A DNA stretch of 64,000 nucleotides from Nitrospinales bacterium. GTDB taxonomy: Bacteria; Nitrospinota; Nitrospinia; Nitrospinales; VA-1. A program made the translations under genes and the position numbers. The stretch covers positions 64,001 to 128,000 of the forward strand of contig CBDCWG010000012.1 of the NCBI GenBank assembly GCA_965223345.1. The letters are read 5' to 3'. The notes under the pieces are model-generated. The model did no database searches. It was given only the letters and a program-made list of their open reading frames with translations, and was not told where the DNA came from. Below are positions 1-11,119 of the stretch, piece after piece (positions within the stretch are counted from its first letter, which is position 1; every line of letters begins with the position of its first letter).

Positions 1-259
1 GCTTCACCCCCGGCAGTCCCGGCGGTTCCAGCGTGTCGAGGTCCCAGCCGCTGCCCTTGACGAACAGCGTGCGCACGGCTTCGCCCACGCGGTTTTTTGC
101 ATCCGACTTCACCGATGTGTTGCCGCCGCCGTGCAGCACCAGCGCCGGGTCGGCGCCGATGAGACGCGAGGTGTAGACGCGCAGGGCGATGTCTTCGTTA
201 TGGTTGGCATACGTTTTCACCGCGGCTTGCGCGTCGGCGTCGTTCCATCTGTTCTTCAT
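1..259 (-). CDS. Bifunctional class II aldolase/short-chain dehydrogenase (RhaD-like), N-terminal part; runs off the window start
   Basis: Manual translation from ATG at 259: MKNRWNDADAQAAVKTYANHNEDIALRVYTSRLIGADPALVLHGGGNTSVK...LFVKGSGWDL. The SRLIG..LVLHGGGNTSVK and VKGSGWDL motifs are typical of this family. Not in the ORF track because it is truncated. Confidence 0.85.
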   Translation of the reverse strand, partial: MKNRWNDADAQAAVKTYANHNEDIALRVYTSRLIGADPALVLHGGGNTSVKSDAKNRVGEAVRTLFVKGSGWDLDTLEPPGLPGVK

Positions 260-1835
260 GGTCGTTCTTTCGATTCCTGTTTGTCGATTGCAAAGACGGC
301 CTGTGCCGGTGAGTCCGGAACATTGTAACCCCGCACAGCCAGGCGGACAACAAAAGCAGGGCCGCGGGGACGAAGGTGACATGCGCCGGGTAGCCGAAGC
401 GGTACATATAATACCACCAGAAATTGGGCGCGTTGACGGCGAGCCCCTTTTCCAGCACCTCGCGGTTGTCCCCGCCCAGAAAGCGCTTCCCGGCCTGCGC
501 CAGAGCCACCCGCTCGCGCATCGCCGCCTCGTCCGTAAGCCCGCTCAACACCACGGCCACCTGACGGATCTGCTGGATCGCCGGGGAATGCAGCGGCGAG
601 TACAGCAACAGGTGCTCGGCCTCAACGGGAAACCGCTCACGCAGATCGTAGTGATAGCGCGCCGGGTTCACGATCAGCGAGGGGATCTGCACAACGATCC
701 CCAGTGCGACGGCGGCGGCGAAACCGCGTTTCAAGTCAAGGCCGGGCTTATCGAGGAGAAACCCTACCGGCAGGATCCAGAACGGCAGCGTGACGGCCAT
801 CAACCGCGACCCCCAGCCCATACCGCCGTACCAGCTGTGCCAGAAGGAAAACAGCATGAGGTGCGCCGCGACGATCCAGCCGAACAGAATCGCCGCCTGC
901 GGCCGGCTGCGGAAAAACAGCGGCAGCGCCAGGCATCCGCAAAGCAGGACGGGATTGTACACGAACACCGACTTGCCCGGAGAAAACAACAGCCCGAAAA
1001 AACCGGTGAAAAAATCCGGCTGGAAGCCGCTCTCGTAGCCGGTCTCCAGAGGATGGCCGAGCCGCACCTGGTTGTAGATCCCGATCGCAGCCAAAAAGAC
1101 CAGCACCGGAGCGGCAAGCGCCGCCGTCTCGCGCAGGAAAGCCTTGAGCGATGCCCGGTTCGCGCCCTCGCAGCGGGCGAGCAGGTAGAGCACAAAACCC
1201 GGCAGTGCCACCAATGCGGCGAGCCGCGTCGTCGCGGCGCAGCCGAGAAAAAGCCCGGCGAGGAGGCGGCTACGCCGAGTGCCCAGCGTGTGCTCTCCGG
1301 TCAGGCAATACGCTGCCGCCAGCAGCAGGCCGGTGGTCGCGGGCTCACTCATGAAATCCTCGGAATAATACCAGGCGATGCTGGAAAGCCCGAACGCCAG
1401 CGCCAGGAGGTTGGCGGTGCCCGCACGGAAGCCGAAGCGGTGCGTCGCAAAGCGGTGCAGCAGCGCGCAGTTGAACGCGGTCACGAACGCGTTGAGCATG
1501 CCGACGCAAAACAGCGTCGCCTGTCCCGCGGGAATGCCCAGAAGCTGCGCCAGCATTTTCCCCGCGAGGTAAAAAGGCACCGCGAGCAGGCTCATGCCGA
1601 CGCCATACTTGGAATATTTTTCGCCGTCGGGGTCCTGCAAGGAAACTTGTTCGGTGTGCGCCAGCGATCCCCGCTCGAGGAGGCTCTGGGTGAGCAGGTA
1701 CATGATCTTGCCGTCGGCGGACTGAATCGAACCCTGGGAGGTGAACGCGTAGATGGAAAAAAAGAAGCCAAAAACCAGAAGGCCGGATTTTGCGGCCGGG
1801 GAAATGGTTCGTGTTAACAAAGCGGAAAAGCGCAT
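198..1835 (-). CDS. Polytopic membrane glycosyltransferase (GT-C fold, ArnT/PMT-like)
   Basis: Many hydrophobic helices; motifs SADG, YSKYGVGMSLL, GLLFSPGKSVFVYNP, WYGGMGWGSRL. Start placed at ATG 1835 (ORF track extends to 2015). Confidence 0.7.
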   Translation of the reverse strand: MRFSALLTRTISPAAKSGLLVFGFFFSIYAFTSQGSIQSADGKIMYLLTQSLLERGSLAHTEQVSLQDPDGEKYSKYGVGMSLLAVPFYLAGKMLAQLLGIPAGQATLFCVGMLNAFVTAFNCALLHRFATHRFGFRAGTANLLALAFGLSSIAWYYSEDFMSEPATTGLLLAAAYCLTGEHTLGTRRSRLLAGLFLGCAATTRLAALVALPGFVLYLLARCEGANRASLKAFLRETAALAAPVLVFLAAIGIYNQVRLGHPLETGYESGFQPDFFTGFFGLLFSPGKSVFVYNPVLLCGCLALPLFFRSRPQAAILFGWIVAAHLMLFSFWHSWYGGMGWGSRLMAVTLPFWILPVGFLLDKPGLDLKRGFAAAVALGIVVQIPSLIVNPARYHYDLRERFPVEAEHLLLYSPLHSPAIQQIRQVAVVLSGLTDEAAMRERVALAQAGKRFLGGDNREVLEKGLAVNAPNFWWYYMYRFGYPAHVTFVPAALLLLSAWLCGVTMFRTHRHRPSLQSTNRNRKNDHEEQMERRRRASRGENVCQP

Positions 1836-1990
1836 GGGGTCGCAATCGCAGCGGTTGGGGGAAGCCGTGTGCCGGGCAGGTGGTATCATACCCTCCCGCC
1901 GCCGCCAGCGCCAGTGCTCACGCCGCGCCGCGCTGTTTGCGCAAATGAACGCAGGACATTTTGCGGGTTCTGTGTTAATCTTCACTCGCA

Positions 1991-2239
1991 ATGCTGGCCA
2001 AAATTCAAGTGACATACAAACAGGGGGTTCTGGACCCTCAGGGCAAAGCCGTGCACCACGCGCTGAACGATCTGGGCTACGACGAGGTCACCCAGGTGAA
2101 CGTGGGCAAGTACATGGAAGTCCGGATGAAAGACTGCTCCGAGGAGCAGGCGGAGGCGCGGGTCCGGGAAATGTGCGAAAAACTTCTGGCCAACACGGTG
2201 ATCGAATCCTACCGGATCACCCTCTCCCCGTCTGAATGA
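1991..2239 (+). CDS. purS: Phosphoribosylformylglycinamidine synthase subunit PurS
   Basis: 82 aa; GVLDPQGKAV...CEKLLANTVIESY; first gene of the pur cluster. Confidence 0.97.
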   Translation: MLAKIQVTYKQGVLDPQGKAVHHALNDLGYDEVTQVNVGKYMEVRMKDCSEEQAEARVREMCEKLLANTVIESYRITLSPSE

Positions 2240-2260
2240 AGGGATCCCTTTGATATCGTT

Positions 2261-2950
2261 ATGAAGTGCGGAATCGTCGTTTTCCCAGGCTCCAACTGCG
2301 ATCACGACTGCTACCATATTCTGAAGCATGTGTTCGAGATCGCCACCGAATGGATCTGGCACAAGGATGCGGGCGATCTTTCGGGCTACGACTTCATCGT
2401 GCTGCCGGGCGGGTTTTCCTACGGCGACTACCTGCGCGCCGGTGCGATCGCGAAATTTTCCCCGGTCATGAAATCGGTGATCCGCTACGCCAACAGCGGC
2501 GGCCGGGTGCTGGGGATCTGCAACGGGTTTCAGATCCTGGTGGAATCAGGACTGCTGCCGGGCGCGTTGATGCAGAACCGTTCGCAGAAATTCATCTGCC
2601 AGTACGTGCACACCCGCGTCGAATCCGCCGACACGCCGTTCACCCGCGCCTGCGCCGAAAAACCGGTGCTGAAAATTCCCATCGCCCACCACGACGGCAA
2701 CTACTTCGCCCCGGACGACCTGCTAAAGCGCATGCAGGACAATGGACAGATCGTGCTGCGTTATTCGGACCCGGAAGGCGGGGTATCCGATCGGGTGAAC
2801 CCGAACGGCTCGGCGGACAACATCGCCGCGGTCGCCAACGAGCAAAAAAACGTGCTGGGCATGATGCCGCATCCGGAACGCTGCGCCGACCCGCTGTGGC
2901 CGGATGTGGACGGACAACTCATCTTTCAATCCCTCATCGCATCCGGTTGA
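2261..2950 (+). CDS. purQ: FGAM synthase glutaminase subunit PurQ
   Basis: [35 protein letters not shown]. Confidence 0.98.
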   Translation: MKCGIVVFPGSNCDHDCYHILKHVFEIATEWIWHKDAGDLSGYDFIVLPGGFSYGDYLRAGAIAKFSPVMKSVIRYANSGGRVLGICNGFQILVESGLLPGALMQNRSQKFICQYVHTRVESADTPFTRACAEKPVLKIPIAHHDGNYFAPDDLLKRMQDNGQIVLRYSDPEGGVSDRVNPNGSADNIAAVANEQKNVLGMMPHPERCADPLWPDVDGQLIFQSLIASG

Positions 2951-2952
2951 CC

Positions 2953-5205
2953 GTGTCCGCTTCTTCATCCGCAAAACTTCCCGAAGTCACGCTGGAGGTG
3001 GTCAAGGAACACGGCCTCACAGCGCAGGAATTCGCGCGCATCGTCGATCTTCTGGGCCGGCATCCCAATTTCACGGAGCTGGGCATCTTTTCGGTGATGT
3101 GGAGCGAGCACTGCAGCTACAAAAGCTCGCGGCCGCACCTGAAAACGCTGCCCACCGAAGGGCCGCGGGTCATTGAGGGACCGGGCGAAAACGCCGGCGT
3201 GGTGGACATCGGCGACGGCTGGGCGGTGTCGTTCAAAATCGAAAGCCACAATCATCCCTCCTTCATCGAACCGCACCAGGGCGCGGCGACGGGCGTCGGC
3301 GGCATCCTGCGCGACATCTTCACGATGGGCGCGCGGCCGATCGCGCTGCTCAACTCGCTGCGCTTCGGCGAGCTGACCGACCCGCGCACGCGCTACCTGC
3401 TGCACGGCGTGGTGGAAGGCATCGCCAGCTACGGCAACTGCACGGGCGTGCCGACGGTGGGCGGCGAGATCTATTTCGACGCCTGCTACAACGGCAACAT
3501 CCTGGTCAACGCGTTCTGCCTCGGGCTGGTGAAGGCGGACAAGGTGTTCCGCGCCGCGGCGGGGGGCGTGGGCAACGCGGTGATCTACGTCGGCTCGAAG
3601 ACCGGCCGCGACGGCATCCACGGCGCGAGTCTCTTGGCTTCGGCGGAGTTCGACGACACGACCGAGGAAAAACGCCCAACGGTGCAGGTGGGCGACCCCT
3701 TCACGGAAAAGCTGCTCATCGAGGCGAGCCTGGAACTGATGAAAAAGGACTGGGTGGTGGGCGTGCAGGACATGGGTGCGGCCGGGCTGACCTCCTCGTC
3801 GTTCGAAATGGCGGGACGCGCGGGAACCGGCATCGAGTTCGATCTTTCGCAGGTGCCGCTCCGGGAAACGGGGATGACGGCGTACGAGATTCTGCTGTCC
3901 GAATCGCAGGAGCGCATGCTGTTCGTGGTGGAAGAAGGGCACGAAGCGGAAACGCTCGCCATTCTGGAAAAATGGGATCTGGACGGCGCGGTGATCGGCC
4001 GGGTGACCGAAGACCCGCTGGTGAAGATCCAGTACGAAGGGGAAGAAGTGGTGCGGCTGCCGGTGTCGCCGGTGGTGGACGGGGCACTGGATGTGAAGCG
4101 GCCGACGCGCAAACCCGACTACCTGGCCGAGGTGGAGCATGTGGATCTCAACACGCTGCCCGAACCGCAATCGGGCGGCGAATGGCTGAAAAAACTGCTG
4201 GCCTCGCCCAACATCGCCAGCCGGGAGTGGGTGTACCGGCAATACGACCATATGGTGCGTCTCAACACGCTGGTTCTGCCGGGTTCGGACGCGGCGGTGC
4301 TCAGGGTGCCGGAAACCGAAAAAGCGGTGGCGATTTCGGTGGATTGCAACAGCCGCTACTGCTACCTGGACCCGCATCAGGGCGCACAGATCGCCGTCGC
4401 CGAATGCGCCCGCAACATCGTCTGTTCGGGCGGCGTGCCGATCGGCCTCACCAATTGCCTCAATTTCGGCAATCCGGAACGGCCGGAAATCATGTGGCAG
4501 TTCGAGCAGGCGGTGCTGGGAATCGGCGAGGCCTGCCGCTATTTCGATATTCCTGTGGTCAGCGGCAACGTCAGTCTTTATAATGAAACTAAAGGCGTTT
4601 CCATCTATCCGACCCCCACGGTTTCGGTGGTGGGCCTGCTGGAAAACCGGGCGGACCACTGCACGCAGTGGTTCAAGAACCCCGGCGACGCGATCGGCCT
4701 TCTGGGGCTGACCCTGGAGGAGATCGGCGGCAGCGAGTACCTCAAGCTGGCCGGCGGCGGGTGTCGCGGGAAAGTCCCGCATCTGGACAAAAAGCTCGAA
4801 AAGGCGGTGCAGGCTTTGTGCCTGGAATGGATTCGGGCCGGTTTCATCCATTCGGCCCACGATTGTTCCGAAGGCGGACTCGGCGTGGCGGCGGCGGAAT
4901 CCTGCATCACCGGCCCTGAGGCCCCGCTGGGAGCGACGCTCGACCTGGAATCGACACTCAGAAAAGACGCCCTTTTATTCGGGGAGTCGCAGTCCCGGAT
5001 TCTCATTTCCTATCCCCAAAGCGCCCGGGAGGCGATCGAAAATAAAGCGGCCGTGCAGGATGTGCCGTTTGCCCAAATCGGCGAAGTGGGAGGTGGCGCG
5101 TTCACGGTTCGCATCAACGGCAACGTGTTCATCCGCGAAGACGTGCGCGACCTGAAAAACCTATGGCAGGGGGTTCTGGAGGATTATGCTCGACAAGTTC
5201 CATGA
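2953..5205 (+). CDS. purL: FGAM synthase subunit PurL (small type)
   Basis: [35 protein letters not shown]. True start is GTG 2953 or TTG 2947, not 2266. Confidence 0.97.
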   Translation: MSASSSAKLPEVTLEVVKEHGLTAQEFARIVDLLGRHPNFTELGIFSVMWSEHCSYKSSRPHLKTLPTEGPRVIEGPGENAGVVDIGDGWAVSFKIESHNHPSFIEPHQGAATGVGGILRDIFTMGARPIALLNSLRFGELTDPRTRYLLHGVVEGIASYGNCTGVPTVGGEIYFDACYNGNILVNAFCLGLVKADKVFRAAAGGVGNAVIYVGSKTGRDGIHGASLLASAEFDDTTEEKRPTVQVGDPFTEKLLIEASLELMKKDWVVGVQDMGAAGLTSSSFEMAGRAGTGIEFDLSQVPLRETGMTAYEILLSESQERMLFVVEEGHEAETLAILEKWDLDGAVIGRVTEDPLVKIQYEGEEVVRLPVSPVVDGALDVKRPTRKPDYLAEVEHVDLNTLPEPQSGGEWLKKLLASPNIASREWVYRQYDHMVRLNTLVLPGSDAAVLRVPETEKAVAISVDCNSRYCYLDPHQGAQIAVAECARNIVCSGGVPIGLTNCLNFGNPERPEIMWQFEQAVLGIGEACRYFDIPVVSGNVSLYNETKGVSIYPTPTVSVVGLLENRADHCTQWFKNPGDAIGLLGLTLEEIGGSEYLKLAGGGCRGKVPHLDKKLEKAVQALCLEWIRAGFIHSAHDCSEGGLGVAAAESCITGPEAPLGATLDLESTLRKDALLFGESQSRILISYPQSAREAIENKAAVQDVPFAQIGEVGGGAFTVRINGNVFIREDVRDLKNLWQGVLEDYARQVP

Positions 5206-6598
5206 AGAATGCGGCGTGGTGGGTGTGTACGGCCACCCGGAAGCGGCCAACCTGGTCTATCTGGGCCTGTACGCGCTGCAGCACCGCGGCCAGGAAAGCG
5301 CGGGCATCGTGTCCAGCGACGAGGGCAAGCTGCACCTGGAGCTGGGCATGGGGCTGGTGGCCGACATCTTCCAGAGCGACCGGCTGACCAAGCTGCCGGG
5401 CCGCATGGCGATGGGGCACAACCGCTATTCCACCGCCGGCGACAGCGCCCTGTCGAACGCGCAGCCCTGCCTGATCAATTATTCCGAAGGTTCGCTGGCC
5501 CTCGGGCACAACGGCAATCTGGTGAACGCCCAGTCCATCCGCGAGGAGCTGGGCGCTTCGGGTTCGATTTTCCAGTCCACCAACGACAGCGAAGTGATCG
5601 TGCACCTGATGGCGCAGGCCAGGGAGACGAGTTTCGTGGACCGGGCCGCTTCGGCGCTGGCGCAGGTGCAGGGTGCGTACTCGCTGATCCTGATGACGGA
5701 AAACGAGATGATCGCCGCCCGCGATCCGCAGGGGTTTCGGCCTCTCTGTCTGGGCAGGCTCGATTCCAGCTACGTGGTGGCGTCGGAATCCTGTGTGCTG
5801 GATCTGATCGAAGGGGAATACATCCGCGAGATCGAACCCGGCGAGCTGCTGCTGATCAACGACGACGGGCTGCAGTCGTTCTTTCCCTTCCAGAAAGCGG
5901 AGAAACGCCAATGCGTGTTCGAGCACATCTATTTTTCACGGCCGGACAGCTTTCTGTTCGACGAGCATGTGTACGGCGTCCGCAAAGCCATGGGACGCGC
6001 GCTGGCCCAGGAATCGCCGGTGGATGTGGATCTGGTGGTGCCGGTGCCGGACTCGGGCGTGCTTTCGTCGATGGGTTTTTCCGCGGAGTCGGGTATCCCC
6101 TATGAGATGGGCCTGATCCGCAACCACTATGTGGGGCGGACGTTCATCGAACCCAAATCGCAGATCCGGCATTTCGGGGTCAAGGTGAAGCTGAACGCGG
6201 TGCGGGAGGTGATCGAAGGCAAACGCATCGTCATCATCGACGATTCCATCGTGCGCGGCACGACGAGCCGCAAGATCGTGAAAATGCTGCGCGACGCCGG
6301 CGCAAAGGAAGTGCACGTGCGCATCAGCTCGCCGCCGATCCTGTTTCCCTGCTATTACGGGATCGACACCCCCACCAAGATGGAACTGATCGCTTCCACG
6401 CACACGATGGATGAGATCCGGAAGTTCCTGCAGGCCGACACGGTGGAGTACCTGAGCGTCGAAAAAATGCTCAGCGTGTTCAAGGAGAGAAGCGGCGATT
6501 ACTGCACCGCCTGTTTCGACGGCAAGTACCCGGTGCAAAGTTCCGAGATGCTGCCGGACATCCATCAGCTCAGCCTGTTCGGCGAAGAGCGTTCCTGA
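5186..6598 (+). CDS. purF: Amidophosphoribosyltransferase
   Basis: EECGVVG (N-terminal nucleophile Cys), [20 protein letters not shown], Fe-S Cys residues (CYYG, CTAC). Confidence 0.98.
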   Translation: MLDKFHEECGVVGVYGHPEAANLVYLGLYALQHRGQESAGIVSSDEGKLHLELGMGLVADIFQSDRLTKLPGRMAMGHNRYSTAGDSALSNAQPCLINYSEGSLALGHNGNLVNAQSIREELGASGSIFQSTNDSEVIVHLMAQARETSFVDRAASALAQVQGAYSLILMTENEMIAARDPQGFRPLCLGRLDSSYVVASESCVLDLIEGEYIREIEPGELLLINDDGLQSFFPFQKAEKRQCVFEHIYFSRPDSFLFDEHVYGVRKAMGRALAQESPVDVDLVVPVPDSGVLSSMGFSAESGIPYEMGLIRNHYVGRTFIEPKSQIRHFGVKVKLNAVREVIEGKRIVIIDDSIVRGTTSRKIVKMLRDAGAKEVHVRISSPPILFPCYYGIDTPTKMELIASTHTMDEIRKFLQADTVEYLSVEKMLSVFKERSGDYCTACFDGKYPVQSSEMLPDIHQLSLFGEERS

Positions 6599-9364
6599 TC
6601 ATTCCTCTGCCGGCGCGGGCGCCGGGGCCTCCGGCTGTTCCTGCACAGCGGACTCCAGAATTTCCCCCAACGCATCCAGGTCCTTCTTGTAGTCGGCCAT
6701 CGAGCGGTCGAGCTCCTGCTGCGACGCGACGATGCGGTCGAAGTACTTTTTGATGCGCGTGTAATCCGAGGCGTTCAACTTCACATTCGCCAGCGCCGCC
6801 GATGGCGCATCGGCCGCTTCGGGATCCCTTTCCTCTGCGACCCGGGGCGCGGGCTCGAAGCCGGGCGTGCCCATGAGGCCGCCGAAGATCTTCTCCAGCG
6901 CTTCATCCAGCGTGCGCTCCATGGCGATGTTGTCCTCGTAGCCGACGATGACGCGCTTGAGCTCCGGGATCTTGCCCGCGTCGGCTTTCAGGTACAGGGG
7001 ACGCACATAGATCAGCGATTCCTGGATCGGAATGACGAGCAGGGTGCCCTGGATGACGCTGGAGCCGCGCTGGTCCCACAGCGAGATCTGGCGCGAGATC
7101 TCGGCGTCCTGATTGATACGGGCGACGATCTGGCTGGGGCCGTAGATCAGTTTCTGTTTGGGGAAATTGTACACCACCAGCTTGCCGTACTGCTCGCCGT
7201 CGCTGCGCGCCACCATCCAGGCGGAGAGGTTGCTTTTGCCGCGCGGCGTGAACGGCAGCATCAGGATGTATTCCTCCTTCTCCTTGGACGGCAGTTTCAT
7301 GATGGTGTAATACGGCTGCATGCGCCTGCCGTCGATCTCGGGGATCTCCCACTGATCTTCCTTGTTGTAAAACACCTGTGGGGTTTTCATGTGGTAGGTG
7401 GCGTAGATGAAGGTCTGGATGGTGAACAGGTCGGAGGGATAGCGGATGTGGTTTTTCAGATCCTCGGGCATCGCCTCCATGTCCTTGAACAACTCCGGGA
7501 AGATGCTGCGGTAGGTGAGGATGATCGGGTCGTCGGGATCGGCGATGTAAAAATCCATGGTGCCGTCGTAGGCGTCGATCACCACCTTGACGGAATTGCG
7601 CACGTAGTTGCCGAGCGAGATCATCTGCGAGTAGGGAAACCGGTCGCTCACCGTGTAGGTGTCGTAGATCCAGAGCAGCCGGCCTTCGGAGATCACCAGG
7701 TAGGGATCGTTGTCCAGCATCAGAAACGGTGCCACGCGGGCGACGCGGTCGGAGATGTGGCGGTACATCAGCACCCGGCTTTCGCTGTGGATGTCCTGGG
7801 AAAAAAGAATCTTCAGCGTCTTGAAGTGCGCCGCCAGCAGGGCTTTGCGGATGAACGACCCGACGGCGAACCCGCCGGAGCCCTCGTAGTTTTTGTAGAC
7901 GTTTTTCTCTCCCTGGGGGTAGTCGAACTCCTCGGTGTCCGTGTTGACGAACACGTGGTCGTTGGACAGCTCGCCGAAATAGATCTCCGGCCGTTCCACC
8001 TTGAGATCGACGCTGGATTGCGGCGGGATGTCCTTGATGAACAACACGGGCAGGCCCTCGGGCGTCACTTCGTTCACGGGAATCAGGGACACGCCGTATC
8101 CGTGCGTGAAGGTGAGGTGCTCGTTGATCCAGGTGCGGTTCGGCAGGCTGCTCGACAGCAGTTCCCGCGGCGACAGCAGGGTCTGGCGGTAGGTGCCGTC
8201 GATCAGGTAGCGGTCGTTGTCCACCGAGTTGAACTGGTAGTACGTGCGGATCTCCTGAATCTGCCCGAGCGTGTCGAGCAGCGGCGCCTGGTCCCACAGG
8301 CGGATGTTCTCGATGGTGGCGGCGTTGGCCTGGATGCTCTCGGACGTCAGCGATTCGGAGCCGGCCAGCACGTTGGTTTCGGTCTCATCCAGCCCGAACG
8401 CCTTGAGCGTGCCCGCGATGGTGTGCTCGATGTACGGCGTCTCCTTGATCAGCTCGTTGGGGGCGACGATGAATTTCTGCAGCAGGTTGGGATAAAAATT
8501 TCCCGCCACGTAAAAAACGCCCAGCGCGCCGGCGGCGATGATCACTTTCTTGAAGCCGGGGGCGATGACGCCGAAAAAGCTGAGCGCCGCGCCCACCAGA
8601 GAAATCAGAACCTGGATGTAGAGAATGGGCAGCCGGCCGTTGTCGTCTGCGTAACCGATCCCGGTGACGACGGAATTTCCCTGGGTCAACAGGGCGTAGC
8701 GGTCGAGATAAAATTCCGCGGCGAGCAGCAAAAACGCGAACCCGGCGAGCATCAGCAGGGTGCGGCGCGCCTCGGGCAGGATCTGGACGCCGGTGGGGCT
8801 CACGTAAATGAACTGCTTGAAGAAAAAAATCATCCCGATTCCGAGCGCCACGATGATGAGGGCGGCCCACAGAAAGGATTTGATCAGCATCCACAGCGGC
8901 AGCGAGAACAGGTAAAAACCGTAGTCCTTGTTGAAAATGGGATCGGCGCTGCCGAACTCCACCCCGTTCACGAATTTCAGCGGCACATCCCATTGATCCG
9001 TCATGATGAGGCCGACCATGACGGAGATCACCAGCGGCGCCAGGAATGTCAGCGGCTTCAGGTTGGACGCCAGCAGATCGAGCAGCGGCACTTCCCTGCG
9101 CGCCGCATCGGAAAGCAGCACCGGAAGGTGCGAGGTCTTGTTGAACGCGGAGCGGATGGCGCCGAAGGTGAGCAGGAAAAACGCAACGCCCACCAGCAGC
9201 CCGAAACCCAGCTGCGACCCGAGAACGGTCCACAGCACCGATTGAAAGCCGAGGTTCTCGAACCACAGCAGATCAAAATAAAATCCCAGGATCCTCTCGG
9301 CGAACATGGAGCCGACGATGACGATACCCGCGAGGATGAACAGCCACTTTCGATTCAGATTCAT
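6599..9364 (-). CDS. UPF0182 family membrane protein
   Basis: 921 aa; N-terminal TM region, DPIFNKDYGFYLFSLP, NIRLWD, WINEHLTFTHGYG, NYVRNSVK, RYPSDLF. Confidence 0.93.
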   Translation of the reverse strand: MNLNRKWLFILAGIVIVGSMFAERILGFYFDLLWFENLGFQSVLWTVLGSQLGFGLLVGVAFFLLTFGAIRSAFNKTSHLPVLLSDAARREVPLLDLLASNLKPLTFLAPLVISVMVGLIMTDQWDVPLKFVNGVEFGSADPIFNKDYGFYLFSLPLWMLIKSFLWAALIIVALGIGMIFFFKQFIYVSPTGVQILPEARRTLLMLAGFAFLLLAAEFYLDRYALLTQGNSVVTGIGYADDNGRLPILYIQVLISLVGAALSFFGVIAPGFKKVIIAAGALGVFYVAGNFYPNLLQKFIVAPNELIKETPYIEHTIAGTLKAFGLDETETNVLAGSESLTSESIQANAATIENIRLWDQAPLLDTLGQIQEIRTYYQFNSVDNDRYLIDGTYRQTLLSPRELLSSSLPNRTWINEHLTFTHGYGVSLIPVNEVTPEGLPVLFIKDIPPQSSVDLKVERPEIYFGELSNDHVFVNTDTEEFDYPQGEKNVYKNYEGSGGFAVGSFIRKALLAAHFKTLKILFSQDIHSESRVLMYRHISDRVARVAPFLMLDNDPYLVISEGRLLWIYDTYTVSDRFPYSQMISLGNYVRNSVKVVIDAYDGTMDFYIADPDDPIILTYRSIFPELFKDMEAMPEDLKNHIRYPSDLFTIQTFIYATYHMKTPQVFYNKEDQWEIPEIDGRRMQPYYTIMKLPSKEKEEYILMLPFTPRGKSNLSAWMVARSDGEQYGKLVVYNFPKQKLIYGPSQIVARINQDAEISRQISLWDQRGSSVIQGTLLVIPIQESLIYVRPLYLKADAGKIPELKRVIVGYEDNIAMERTLDEALEKIFGGLMGTPGFEPAPRVAEERDPEAADAPSAALANVKLNASDYTRIKKYFDRIVASQQELDRSMADYKKDLDALGEILESAVQEQPEAPAPAPAEE

Positions 9365-9377
9365 CGTGTCTTTCCTG

Positions 9378-9929
9378 TCACTCTTTCCATTTGATGGAAC
9401 AGCCCATGGAAGGGATCTGCTCGCTGGCCAGCTCCCGCTCCGCGAGCAGATTGTCGATGGCCTCTTTGAGATCCCGGCGCGTCACCTTGTCGGGCTCTTT
9501 CCAGTTGTCGTCGATCCGTCCCCGGTATTTCAGGGTGCGCTCGCGCCCGTACACATAGATGTCCGGCGTGCACACCGCATCGTACCGGCGCGCGACGCTC
9601 TGGCTCGCATCGACCAGATACGGAAACGGCAGTTTTTTTTCCTTCACCAGCTTCTGCATGTTTTCCAGCGAATCGTCGGGATAGCGCACCGCATCGTTGG
9701 GATTGATGCCGACAAACTGCACGCCGCGGGCGCGGGTCTCGTTCTGCAGCGCGATCAACCGGTCCAGAACGGCTTTCACGTACGGGCAATGATTGCACAT
9801 GAATACGATCACCAGCACAGCCGAGTCCTGAAAACGGGCGAGGTTGTAGGTGCTTCCATCGGTGCCGGGCAGAGAAAAATCGTGCGCCGGGGTTCCCAGA
9901 GGAACCATCGTGGAATGCATGAGGGCCAT
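9378..9929 (-). CDS. Thioredoxin-like (AhpC/TSA-type) protein
   Basis: FMCNHCPYVK, INPND, YDAVCTPD, YRGRIDD, PSMGCSIKW; start at ATG 9929. Confidence 0.9.
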   Translation of the reverse strand: MALMHSTMVPLGTPAHDFSLPGTDGSTYNLARFQDSAVLVIVFMCNHCPYVKAVLDRLIALQNETRARGVQFVGINPNDAVRYPDDSLENMQKLVKEKKLPFPYLVDASQSVARRYDAVCTPDIYVYGRERTLKYRGRIDDNWKEPDKVTRRDLKEAIDNLLAERELASEQIPSMGCSIKWKE

Positions 9930-10114
9930 GAATGTGTCCTTGGTGTGTTGAGAGTCGCGCGCCCGCACCGCTGCCTTGTGAGACGGGTGAGCGCGTTGTG
10001 TTTGCGTGAAACCTCGGCAATGCTATCACGCTTTTCACGAACGACTCAACTGTTGTTTCACGGCGCGGCGGTGAACGGACGCAGACGGCGCAAGGGATTG
10101 GACGGGCGTTGGCG

Positions 10115-11026
10115 TTATTCGGATTTGCAGGTCATGCCGGTGACCCGGCAGGTGTAGCAGGCGGAATGGGCCAGGGGAAAGGGGCGCAGGGTGTCCGCGA
10201 TCGTGTTTCCCATGCGCGCTTCGTCTTTATCGACCAGGATGGGGCAGACGTAGACGCCGGTTTTGGCGGCCATGCGCGAGGTCGAGCATTGCAAATTGGT
10301 GATGTCGTAGGATTCGAAACATTTTTCGGTGACGTGCTCGTCGTCGTCATACTGGCGGATGTTTTCCGCCAGGCGTCCGAGCAGAAAACCGGGCAGGATT
10401 TTGATGCGCGGCTTCGGCACGTCGTTCTCCTGTAAAAAACGCAAAAATTGCGTTTCCATTCTGGCGTCGTCTGCCTCGTCCCAGCTGCGGGTGATCGTCA
10501 GGATGGGCGAAAATCCATGCTGCGCCAGGTTGCGGATGCCATCGACGGCGCGGCGGAATGCGTCCTTGCCGCGCACCTTGTTGTTCGCCTCTTCCTCGAA
10601 GCTCTCCATGCTGACGCGAAACTGCAAGGGGTGCGGCGCGCGCGCCTGGATGTCTTCAAGGCGTTGGGCTTTTTCGGGCGTGATCAGGGTTCCGTTGGTG
10701 AGCACGTCGAGGGGGCCGCATGCGAGGATGGCTTCCAGGATCTCGAAGATTTCCGGGTTGATGAACACCTCGCCGCCGGTGATGTAATAATCCTTGACGC
10801 CGAGAGACCTGGATTCGTCCAGCCGGGCCCGCACTTCCTCCAGGGTCATCATCTCGTGCGTGTCGTTCTGGGGACCGCAGCTGATGAAACAATGGCTGCA
10901 TTGCAGGTTGCACAGCGTGCCGCCCACCTGCATCCACAGCGTCTCCAGGCGCACGAGGGGCACTTCCGGAACCTTCACCGCCGTTTTTTTCGCGGCGGAG
11001 CCTGTAAATTTCACCCTGTCATCCAT
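10115..11026 (-). CDS. Radical SAM protein with Cys-rich C-terminus
   Basis: CNLQCSHC (CxxxCxxC), TGGE, LTNG, and C-terminal CF..CSTSRM..VCP..HSACYTC..C. Confidence 0.9.
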   Translation of the reverse strand: MDDRVKFTGSAAKKTAVKVPEVPLVRLETLWMQVGGTLCNLQCSHCFISCGPQNDTHEMMTLEEVRARLDESRSLGVKDYYITGGEVFINPEIFEILEAILACGPLDVLTNGTLITPEKAQRLEDIQARAPHPLQFRVSMESFEEEANNKVRGKDAFRRAVDGIRNLAQHGFSPILTITRSWDEADDARMETQFLRFLQENDVPKPRIKILPGFLLGRLAENIRQYDDDEHVTEKCFESYDITNLQCSTSRMAAKTGVYVCPILVDKDEARMGNTIADTLRPFPLAHSACYTCRVTGMTCKSE

Positions 11027-11119
11027 CGGTTCACTTTAGCAAAGGGTTATCCCGGATTCAACACGCGCCGGCCGGTCCTGCTTCGTCGGAAAAAAGCCGT
11101 CGAACTTACAGCGATTCGC

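Noticed and set aside
189..1817. 542-aa plus-strand ORF
   Set aside because: Antisense shadow of the GT-C gene; Arg/Gln-rich with no motifs, typical of high-GC codon bias.
2266..2952. Apparent 229-aa N-terminal extension of PurL overlapping purQ
   Set aside because: Alternative open frame over purQ; PurL similarity begins only after the purQ stop.
2965..4860. 631-aa minus-strand ORF
   Set aside because: Antisense shadow of purL.
7391..9394. 667-aa plus-strand ORF
   Set aside because: Antisense shadow of the UPF0182 gene.
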